Assembly (NCBI RefSeq): GCF_963921235.1 | Contig: NC_086101.1 | Coordinates: 8,000,001 to 8,060,000, forward strand | DNA from: Mobula hypostoma | Lineage: Eukaryota | Direction: 5' to 3' | DNA length: 60,000 bases | In this document: positions 50,402 to 60,000 of the stretch, piece by piece | Position numbering within the stretch: position 1 is the first letter of the stretch | How the letters are laid out: each line of letters begins with the position of its first letter | Position numbers and translations under genes: made by a program | Notes under the pieces: model-generated | Told to the model about the DNA's origin: nothing | The model's input: the letters and a program-made list of their open reading frames with translations, nothing else | Database searches by the model: none

Positions 50402-51145
50402 CAACACACACAACATGCCACAGGGAACTGAGCAGGTCAGGCAGCATCTGGTGAAACGAGCAAACAGTCGACGTTTCGGGCAGAGACACCTTCTTCAATC
50501 CTGGACCGAAGGCCATGGAAGAAAGAAAAAAAGGAAGGAGCACAAGAGGAGATAAGGCGAAAGAGGGAAAACGGGGTGGGGAATAATGAAAGGGGGGAAA
50601 GGCGATGGGGAATAATGAAAGGGGGCGTCTTTACCGGAAGTTGTAGAAATCGATGTTCATGCCATCAGGTTGGACGCTACCCAGACGGAATACAAGGTGC
50701 TGTTACACCAACCTAAGTGTGGCCTTATCACGACAGTGGAACAGGCCATCGACAGACAAATCAGAATGGGAATACCAAGCGGAATTAAGATGGGTGGACA
50801 CTGGGAGATCCTGCTTTTTCTGGTGGATGAAACGAAGGTGCTCGGCGAAGCTGTCTTCCAATCTACATTGCGTCTCACCAACATACAGGAGGCCACACTG
50901 GGAGCACCAGGCTCAGTCTATGGCCCAACAGACTCAAAGGTGAAGACTCACCTGGAAAGACAGCTTGGGGCCGTCAATGGTAGTGAGAGAGGAGGTGTAA
51001 GGGCGGACATAACACTTGTTCTGCTTGAAAGGATAAGTGCCAGGAGAGAGATCCTTGGGGAGGACGAATGGATAAGGGAGTTGTGTAAGGAGCAATCCCC
51101 GCAGAAAGCAGAAAGTGGGACTGGGGTGGAAAGAGGTGCATAGTG
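50402..51145 (-). mobile_element. Penelope 3' fragment; its terminal ~45 bp lie at 44647-44691, displaced by the LTR insertion
   Basis: Antisense GIY-YIG region 50640-51140 and a degenerate hammerhead at 50465-50503; the tail reads through ...tagcaac|acacacaacatgc. Confidence 0.82.
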
Positions 51146-51149
51146 CTGA

Positions 51150-52030
51150 TATCCCACCGCAAAACTCATCTTTTCCTACCACACCCCCCCCCCCACTTTC
51201 AGCTTTCTGCAGGGATCACTCCCCACTGATCTCCCTCCTGTCACTTATCCCTGCCAGCAGAACAAGTGCTACACCTCCGCGACACTTCCTCCCTCAGTAC
51301 CATTCAGGGCCCCAAACAGTCCTTCCAGATGAGGGAACACTTCACCTGTGAGTCTGTTGCGGGTCATATACTGTGTCCGGTACTCTCAGTGTGACCTCCT
51401 GTATATTCGTGAGTCCCGGCATAGATTGTGTGACTGCTTTGTTGAGTGCCTGCATTCCGTCTGCCAGAAAAAGGCGAGATCTCCCAGTGGCCACCCATTT
51501 CAATTCCACTTTCCTTTTCCATTCCAATACGTCTATCTATGGCCTCCTCCTGTCGTGATAAGGCCACACTTAGGTTGGATGAACAACACCTTCGGTCTGG
51601 GTAGCCTCCAACTTGACGGCATGAGCATCTATTCCTCCATCTTCCAGTAATTCCCCTCTCTCTGCTTCACCGTTCCCCATCACCATTTCCCTCTCTCACT
51701 TATCTCCTTGTCCACCTATCACCTCCCTCTGGTTCTCTCCCCGCCTTTCCTTCTTCTATGGCCTTCTGGCCTCTTCTATCAAAATCCCCCTTCCCCAGCC
51801 CTGTATCCCTTTCACCAATGACATTCCCAGCTCTTTACTTCATTCCTTCCCCTTCAGGTTTCCAATATCACCTTGCGTTTCTGTCTCCCCTCCTCCACCT
51901 TTTAAATCTCCTCAACCTTTTTTTTTCTTCAGTCCTGCCGAAGTGTCTCGGACATAAAAGAAGACAATACTCTTTTCCATAGATGCTGCCTGGCCTGCTG
52001 AGTTCCTCCAGAACTTTTTCTGTGTTGCTT
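51150..52030 (+). mobile_element. Penelope 3' fragment, inverted relative to its neighbour
   Basis: ORF 51348..51650 (VIYCVR..LYIRES..RL, LGSLQLDGM); degenerate hammerhead agtcctgccga at 51931. Confidence 0.85.
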
Positions 52031-52167
52031 ATATGGGTTCTGGTAGCTTATACGCTACCTGTATTGCTTATTTTGACAACTGCACGCTTTGTGGACAGTT
52101 GCGGTACTACAGGTCTTCAGCAGCCCCACTTCCGTTGGTTGTTGAGTGGGAAGTGAGAGGCACGAAG

Positions 52168-53081
52168 ATGGCCGCGAAACAGCAAGTCGACAGTTTGAAA
52201 GAAGATGTAACTTGTCGGATCTGCAGTGATTACTTCACTGATCCAGTTATACTGGGATGCGGGCATAACTTCTGCCGGCGCTGTATCACACGGCGTTGGG
52301 AAAGGGGGACGAGAAACTCCTGCCCGGAGTGTAATAGTGTTTTTGCGGACCGCACCCTTAAAGTAAATCCGGTATTAGAGACTCTGGCCCTGAAAGCTCA
52401 GGGCCTGATTGTTAATGAGAAGGAAAGGAAACTTCAGTGCGAGGAACATCAGGAAGAACTGAAGCTGTTTTGTGAAACTGACATGAAGCTGATCTGTGTG
52501 ATTTGTTCGGCTGCACGGGAACACAGAGAACACCGATTCATGCCCGTTAATGAAGCTGTTGACATTTTAAAGGTAAAGGTGGCGAACTTAAATCACGGGC
52601 CTACTCTATGTATTTTATTTTCATGCGTAAATCTTTCATTCTGTGTTTCTGCAAATCCTCCTAGAATCATGTTCGATCTACATTGGAATCTCTGGAAAAA
52701 AAGAAATCAGAGGTCCAGGAAATGGCGGATCAACAGAAGCAGAAGATTTCCGGAGTTCGGGTAAGTTTCCCAGGTTTAGGTTGTCTGGCCTCCTGTACTT
52801 TAGTTTATTTCCGTACTTAGTGATAATATCCTTCAACTTCCACTTCACAGGACCTGTCAGTGAGCCTGCAGGCATACGTTAAATCCTTATTTGCTGATCT
52901 GCGCCAAATTCTAACCGAGAGAGAGGAGCGCTTACTCGGTGAGCTCAGGGTGAAGGCGGAGAGAGCTCTGAATCCAATGGAGAATAATCTCCGAAAGATT
53001 CAAGAGAACTTATCTTCTCTTCAGAATCAAATCTCAAAATTTCAGCAACGGATGGCTCAGCAAGACATGACGCTTCTGAAG
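52168..53081 (+). CDS. Second TRIM paralog, partial. Coding exons: 52168-52572 (RING and B-box), 52665-52760, 52851-53081; later exons presumably lie beyond the window
   Basis: MAAKQQVDSLKEDVTCRICSDYFTDPVILGCGHNFCRRC..CPEC plus a B-box; GT-AG introns; exon sizes 405/96/231 are collinear with the first gene. Confidence 0.9.
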
Positions 53082-53184
53082 GTGAGGGGTTACACACTGC
53101 TGTTCGGTTCAGGGAAAATATATCGCCACAAAATGGCGGATACCAGGTTTCAGATAAATATAAACACACGAGTTTCTGCAGAAG

Positions 53185-53400
53185 CTGTAATTCCAAAATA
53201 ACAGGGAAAAAGTGCTGGAGGAACTCAACAGGTTGGGCAGGATCTATGGAAAGCAATAAACAGTCGATATTTCAGACTGAGACAGTGGAAGGGAAGAGGA
53301 ATGAAGCCCGAACGTTGGGTGGGGGGAGGAAGGGGTATATGTTGGGGGTGGAAGAATTAAACTGTCGATTTTTCGGGCCAGGGCCCTTCATCCGGACTAA
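53185..53400 (-). mobile_element. Degenerate Penelope-end fragments with two decayed hammerhead motifs
   Basis: tgctggaggaactcaacagg..., cagtcgatatttc, and gtcgatttttcgggccagggcccttcatccggact. Confidence 0.65.
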
Positions 53401-54540
53401 ATTATAATTGAATAATTATAGTTAAGGTAAATATCATCGATAAGTAGGAACTAATGTTGAATAATATATCGTAAATAACATCAGGTTTATTTGCTGAGAC
53501 CTATTTTGTGTTATGTCCCCTGTCTGCTCTTTAGACACGATCAATATTCCGATCTAAATCAAATTTCAAAGTTCAAACGTTCGATGGAAATTTATTATCA
53601 AAGTACATAATAGTCACTATATACAACCCTGAGATTCATCTGTTTTTTTTTGGTTTGCGGTCATAGTAAATACAAAGAAACACAAATGAATCAATGAAAA
53701 GCCGCACGTAAAAAGACGGGCAAACTACCAATGTGCAAAAGACAACAAAATGTGGAAATTACAAAAAGAAAATAATAACAATAATAGCAAATAAGCAATA
53801 AATACCGTAAAAATGAGTTGACGATTCCTCGGAAGAGTGTCCATAGGTTGTGAAATCAGTTCAGTGCTGCGGCAAGTGAAGTTGAGTGAAGTTATCCTCT
53901 CTGGTCGAAGAGCCTGCTGCTGACGGTAACAGGTCTTTTGCTATGTCCAACATGCGCTGCTTGTCCGCAATATATTCCGCACATTTTGTTCATTCAGAAC
54001 ACCTGTTAGAAATATTCCGAATCTCATATTTTCTCGTGTTACTGTTCATCTTCCCTTTTAGTTTTTTCTCTGTTGAATTACTTTACATTACGTTTTGTAA
54101 TCTAGTCGTGCGAAAGTTCCAGAATTAAAGTTCTGCTCTCCAGGCAGTCGAAATACATTTTACATATCCACCCTTCAAATATATTCGCAGTCTTTCTTTC
54201 TCTCTTTTTAAATCTTTTTATTGAGTAAGTATACAAAAAAGGTAAGCCATATAAACATTAATACAATGTTAAAGTATAATAAAATTCCAAAAGATAACAA
54301 TACCAAAAAGAAAATACTACAAACAATGTAATTTAAGCATAAGAAACCAAGATAACATAATAGTATACTAGATTTTATATATATCAATGGAAAAAAAGAA
54401 AAAAAAAAACCCCCAAAAAAAACCCACCGTGCAAAGCAAAGCAATGGGCTAACTTGAAACCAAACAGAGTTAAACTTAAAATCACGTCCTCAATCCCGAC
54501 CTCCATTAAAACAGTGAAAAAAAAACAAGAAGGGTAAATA

Positions 54541-57500
54541 TTACATTAAATGAAAATATCGAATAAAAGGTCCCCAAATCTGTTCAAATTTAAATGAAGA
54601 ATCATAAAGGTTACTTCTAATTTTCTCCAGATTCAAACATAAAATCGTCTGAGAAAACCAAAAAAAGGTAGTTGGAGCATTAAGCTCTTTCCAATGTTGT
54701 AAAATACATCTTTTCGCCATTAAAGTAAGAAATGCAATCATTCTACGGGCTGAAGGGGAAAGATTACTAGAAATTTTAGGTAGTCCAAAGATAGCAGTAA
54801 TAGGGTGAGGAGAGATATCTATATTTAATACCTTAGAAATAATATTGAAAATATCTCTCCAAAAAGTTTCCAAAGTAGGGCAAGACCAAAACATATGAGT
54901 TAAAGAGGCTATCTGCCCCGAACATCTATCACAGAAAGGATTAATATGCGAGTAAAAACGCGCTAACTTATCTTTGGACATATGTGCTCTATGAACCACT
55001 TTAAATTGAATTAGGGAATGTTTAGCACAAATAGAGGAAGTATTAACTAATTGTAAAATCTGCCCCCAATCATCCACAGAAATGGTAAGCCCCAATTCCT
55101 GTTCCCAATCTACCCTAATCTTATCAAATGGAGCTTTCCTAAGTTTCATAATAATATTATAAATCATAGCCGATGCACCTTTCTGACATGGATTAAGGTT
55201 AATTATCGAATCTAAAATATATATAGGAGGAAGCATTGGAAAGGAAGAAAGTATAGTACTTAGGAAATTTCTAACTTGTAAATATCTAAAAAAATGTATT
55301 CTTGATAAGTTATATTTATTAGATAATTGTTCAAAAGACATAAGGGAACCATCTAAAAATAAATCCAAAAACCGTAAAATACCCTTAGTCTTCCAAGTTT
55401 GAAAAGCGCGATCCGTAAAAGAGGGAGGAAAAAATATGTTACCTAAAATAGGAATCGCTAACCCGAATTGATTAAGATCAAAAAATTTTCTGAATTGAAA
55501 CCAAATACGCAAAGCATATTTAACGATCGGGTTAGAGACCTGCTTAAGGCGTTTCGAATCAAAAGGAAGAGATGAACCTAAAATAGAACCAAGTGTATAA
55601 CCCTGAACAGATTGTAATTCCAATGCTACCCATTTAGGAATAGATAGTATGTCCCAGTCAAGTAACCAAAATTTCATATGTCGAATATTAATAGCCCAAT
55701 AATAAAATCTAAAGTTAGGTAATGCTAAACCTCCATCTCTCTTAGCTTTCTGTAAATGTATTTTACCCAGTCTCGGATTCTTATTCTGCCAAATAAATGA
55801 AGAAATTTTAGAGTCGACTTTATCAAAAAAAGATTTAGGAACGAAAATTGGTAATGCCTGAAACACATATAAAAATTTTGGCAAAAAAAAACATCTTAAC
55901 TGCATTAATACGACCAATCAAAGTTAAATATAAGGGAAACCATTTAGATGAAAGTTGAGTAATATGGTCTATTAATGGTAAAAAGTTAGTCTTAAATAAA
56001 TCTTTATGTTTACAAGTAATTTTAATCCCAAGATATGAAAGGTAATTATTAATCAATTTAAATGGAAATTTATAATATAAGGGAAAATGTTTATTAATCG
56101 GAAAAAGTTCACTCTTACTAAGATTTAATTTATAACCTGAGAAAAGACCAAATTGTGCTAATAACTCTAAAACAGCAGGAATAGATCTCTCAGGATTAGA
56201 AATATATAAAAGTAAATCATCAGCATAGAGTGATAATTTATGGGACTTTAATCCCCGAGTTATCCCAGTAATATTTGAAGATTCTCGAATAGCAATTGCA
56301 AGAGGTTCTAATGCAATATCAAATAATAGGGGACTAAGAGGACAGCCTTGTCGAGTACCACGAAAGAGAGGGAAAAAAGGTGAGTTTAAAGAGTTAGTAC
56401 GAACCGAGGCTACAGGGGAGTGATATAACAGTTTAATCCAGGATATAAATTTCAAGCTAAAATTAAACATTTCAAGCACCTTAAATAAATAAGGCTATTC
56501 TACTCTATCAAAAGCTTTCTCGGCATCTAAAGAAATAACACACTCAGGAACATTTTGTGAGGGAGTATAAACGATATTTAACAATGTACGAATATTATAA
56601 AAAGAGTAACGACCTTTAATAAAACCCGTTTGGTCTTCCGAAATAATAGAAGGAAGTACTTTTTCTAGTCTATTTGCTAATAACTTAGAAAAAACTTTAG
56701 AATCAACATTTAATAAAGATATTGGTCTATAAGATGCACATTGAGCAGGGTCTTTATCCTTCTTTAGTATTAAAGAAATTGATGCTCTATTAAAAGATTC
56801 CGGAAGTTTACCAAGTTTCAAAGAAGCCTCAAAAACCTTATAGAGCCAAGGAATCAATAAAGAAGCAAAACATTTATAAAATTCAACGGTAAACCCATCA
56901 GGGCCAGGAGCTTTCCCCAGATTCATAGAAAAAATAACATTCTTAATCTCATCCATTGTAATGGAAGTATCTAATAAAGAAGACATATCCTGTGAAATCT
57001 GAGGGAAGTCTAACTTATCTAAAAAATCATTCATATATTTAGAATCTCGAGGAGACTCTGATTGATATAAAGAAGAATAAAAATCACAAAAGGTTTGATT
57101 AATCCCCACATGATCCAATATCAATCGATCATTTTGGTTATAAATCTGATTGATTTGAGATTTAACATAATTAGATTTCAATTGATTAGCCAGCAGCTTG
57201 CCAATTTTATCACTGTGAACATAAAAATCACTTCTTGTTTTCTTTAATTGGTTTACAATCGAGGACGAGAGTAGTAAACTGTGTTCCATTTGAAGTTCAG
57301 TTCTTTGTTTGTATAGCTCCTCAGAAGGAGCCATAACATATTTCTTATCAATTTCTTTAATCTTGTCCACAATTGCCATCTCCTCCTGCTTCTGTTTCTT
57401 CCTCAAAGCAACGGAATACGAAATAATCTGACCCCGAATATAGGCTTTAAAAGTGTCCCAAAGAGTGTTAACCGAAATATCTTCTGTATGGTTAATTGTA

Positions 57501-58318
57501 AAAAAAAGCTCAATCTGTTCATTCATAAAATTAACAAAGTCCGAGTCCTGAAGCAACAGCGAATTAAAACGCCATTGTCTATTGTTTGGTATATTGGCCA
57601 TAATTTTAATAGAAAGCTTAAGTGGAGCATGATCCGAAATGGTTATAGAATCATAATCACATTTAATCACTGAAGGAATGAGACGAGAATCAATAAAAAA
57701 ATAATCAATTCTTGAATAGGAATGATGAACATGTGAAAAAAAGGAAAAATCTTTTTCCTGAGGATGCAGAAAACGCCAAATGTCCGTCGACCCAGAATCA
57801 GAAAGGAAAAAATTAATCAAATTTGCAGATTTATTAGGTAAAGTCCGTAAAGGAGCCGAACGGTCCAAAGCTGGAGATAAACAGGTATTAAGATCTCCGC
57901 CCCAAATCAATGAAAACTCGTTCAAATTCGGAAACTGATCAAACAATGATTTATAAAATTCCGGACAATCCATATTAGGAGCATAAACATTAACCAAAAC
58001 TACTTTTTTATTAAATAGTAAACCACTAACCAATAAAAATCTACCATTCGGATCAGAGATAATATCCTGTTGTATAAAAGTAACTGAGGAATCTATAAAA
58101 ATAGAGACGCCTCGAATCTTAGCATTGGAGTTCAAATGAAATTGCTGTCCCTTCCAGAATTTGAAAAAACGTAGTCTGTCCCCCCTCCGTACATGGGTCT
58201 CTTGTAAAAATAAAATTTGTGCTTTAAGTCTCCGGAACACTTTAAAAACTTTTTTTCTTTTAATAGGATGATTAAGACCATTAGTATTCCAGGAGACAAA
58301 ATTAATAATAGACTCCAT
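54541..58318 (-). pseudogene. L1 ORF2 (APE, RT, Cys-rich domain), about 1258 aa when repaired; one nonsense codon (56495-56497) and one +1 frameshift (A9 run at 55883-55891)
   Basis: SWNTNGL, LQETH, GGDLN, SRIDY, SDH, GPDG, YRPISLLN, DAEKAFD, QGCPLSP, YADD, YLG and CDRC..HMFWSC motifs. Confidence 0.93.
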
Positions 58319-59041
58319 AAATCCTAAAGTCAACCCACAACAAGGAGGATTGACAATAGGCGCGACCCACAAACCCGGAGAGGAAACAGAACATACAAAA
58401 GATACCGGGGAAAAGGACGCAACCAGTACTTCAATAATGTATATAGCCCAAAGAAAAACAAACTAAAACGTGAAGCCCCTCCCACCACCCCCCACCCCAA
58501 GACCCCAAGGCAAAATCTAAAGCAGACCCGCCAGAAAGAAGCAAGCGCTAAAACTACCCCCATGACTTCCGGTATACGCTCCCTAAAAAAAAGGTATAAA
58601 TATGAAAAGGATCAGCTAATTGTAAAACAGTAAAAAAATAAGTAAAAAAAAGTTAGCTCAATTAGAATACACACAGAACAGAACAAAAGCCGGAAAATAT
58701 ATATTAAAAAAAACCACAATAAACCTCAAACTCATGAATAGACACAGCAACAAAAAAAAAATAGGATTATTAACATAAAGTGATTATAAAAAGCAAAACA
58801 GAATAAAATTTTTTAAAAAACTACAAAATTTAAGGCCGCACAGGAAATACGTAAGATGACAAAAGGGAAGTAACCACCCAGAATCCCCTGGGAAAAGAAA
58901 GAAATGACGCAGTTAAAAAGAAAGTTTAGCAGCCATATTAAGAAATCAAAAGTAAACTTTTCTGCCCAAATAGGGCACAGAAAAGTTAAAACCAACCAAT
59001 TCACAGCCTCCGATCAACGGAGAAAATTAAAAAAAAGGCAA

Positions 59042-59923
59042 TTAAGATGTTGAAGATGAAAGTTGATCCAGATAACTCTGGGCATCCGATGGAGAATCAA
59101 AAAAACGAAGGGCTCCATCTAACATGCGAATCCTTAGACGTGCAGGGTACAGCAGCGCTGGTCTTAAATCCATCTTATAGAATTCCGACATCACGGATCT
59201 GTAACGGACCCGTTGGTCCCAGATTGGTTTACTGAAATCTTCCACGAATCGGAACTTAAGATCCGAAAAATCAATGAAACCTTCAGATCGAGCGAATCGA
59301 AACAGTCTCTCCTTGTCTTGAAAGTAATGAAAACGTAAGATAACATGCCTAGGTCTATCTGACCTAGACGAGTATGATGGGATTCTGTGAACACGATCCA
59401 GTAGCGGTGGTTGGTCAGGAAATACAGTAGGGAATGCATCTTTTAAAAGTTGAGAGAAATATTTCATGGGGTTGTTAGCTTCAACGGCTTCCCTCACGCC
59501 AATCATTCGTAAATTCTGCCGTCGCATTCTAGATTCCAAGTCAGAGTTTTTAAAAGTCCAAAAGTCAAGTTTCTTCTTCATTACATTAATTGTTTCTTCG
59601 ATTTTCCCCATCTTAAGCTCACTTTGTTGCGCGAATTTTTGAAGATCAGATATAGCCGACTGATGTTCCGCAATACATGTTTGCATCTTATCAATTAAAT
59701 CGGCAATTTTCTGGAAATTAGTTGAGATTTCCGTATGAATCAGGTCTTTAACAAAGCCTGCAATTTCCGTACGAATCATCTCCCTAACAGAGGTTGAAAT
59801 TTCCCTCTGAATTAACTCCGATATCGCTTTCAAAGTCACCGGTGATTCAGTCGGGGGGAGATCCGTAGCTTTCTGTTTAACCGGAGGTTTACCATCCTTG
59901 CCGTTTTTCCCGTTCTTAGACAT
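59042..59923 (-). CDS. L1 ORF1p (coiled coil, RRM, CTD), 293 aa from MSKNGK
   Basis: DLESRMRRQNLRMIGV, DRVHR, RPRHVILRF, EDFS and LLYPARLR are L1 ORF1 motifs; the frame is open. Confidence 0.9.
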   Translation of the reverse strand: MSKNGKNGKDGKPPVKQKATDLPPTESPVTLKAISELIQREISTSVREMIRTEIAGFVKDLIHTEISTNFQKIADLIDKMQTCIAEHQSAISDLQKFAQQSELKMGKIEETINVMKKKLDFWTFKNSDLESRMRRQNLRMIGVREAVEANNPMKYFSQLLKDAFPTVFPDQPPLLDRVHRIPSYSSRSDRPRHVILRFHYFQDKERLFRFARSEGFIDFSDLKFRFVEDFSKPIWDQRVRYRSVMSEFYKMDLRPALLYPARLRIRMLDGALRFFDSPSDAQSYLDQLSSSTS

Positions 59924-60000
59924 AGCAGATCTAAGTATCATCCAATTGTCAGAGAATTCAGTTTAATTCAAAGTATTGTAAAAATTGATGCCTTAATGGT

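Larger units (their letters stand above)
54191..60000 (-). mobile_element. Near full-length L1 LINE; its 5' UTR runs off the window
   Basis: ORF1, a 723-bp spacer, ORF2, a T-rich 3' UTR, AATAAA (54217-54222 on the minus strand) and an A-rich tail; AT-rich composition. Confidence 0.95.

Noticed and set aside
52033..52167. 45-aa N-terminal extension of the second TRIM ORF
   Set aside because: The paralog starts at the equivalent of 52168, which has a strong Kozak context (aagATGg); the upstream ATG abuts a TE end.

Overview
This is eukaryotic, repeat-rich vertebrate DNA. The repeat content (dense CR1, HE1-like V-SINEs, Penelope, Rex1, Gmr1-type LTRs) suggests a cartilaginous fish, probably a batoid; that assignment is inference. 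Most of the window is nested transposable-element debris. The host content is a small same-strand cluster of class IV TRIM (RING-Bbox-coiled coil-PRY/SPRY) genes. It comprises one complete 6-coding-exon gene (30139-37975, 469 aa), a decayed pseudogene (about 38589-39095) and the first three coding exons of a second paralog (52168-53081), whose third intron holds a nearly intact antisense L1. The TEs include many CR1 LINEs (some young), Penelope-like elements, a deleted Gmr1-like LTR element and solo LTRs, a hAT (SPIN/Charlie-like) element with an 8-bp TSD, a Tc1-like relic, Rex1/Babar and R4/Dong fragments. The most striking non-coding signal is a recurrent minimal hammerhead ribozyme motif (agtc-CUGANGA-stem II-GAAA-CG-UH-gact). 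It sits at Penelope ends and also in free-standing 94-137 bp insertions; three of the four have 9-19 bp target-site duplications and three start at ribozyme stem I. All calls were made by eye, so repeat boundaries without a TSD are approximate.
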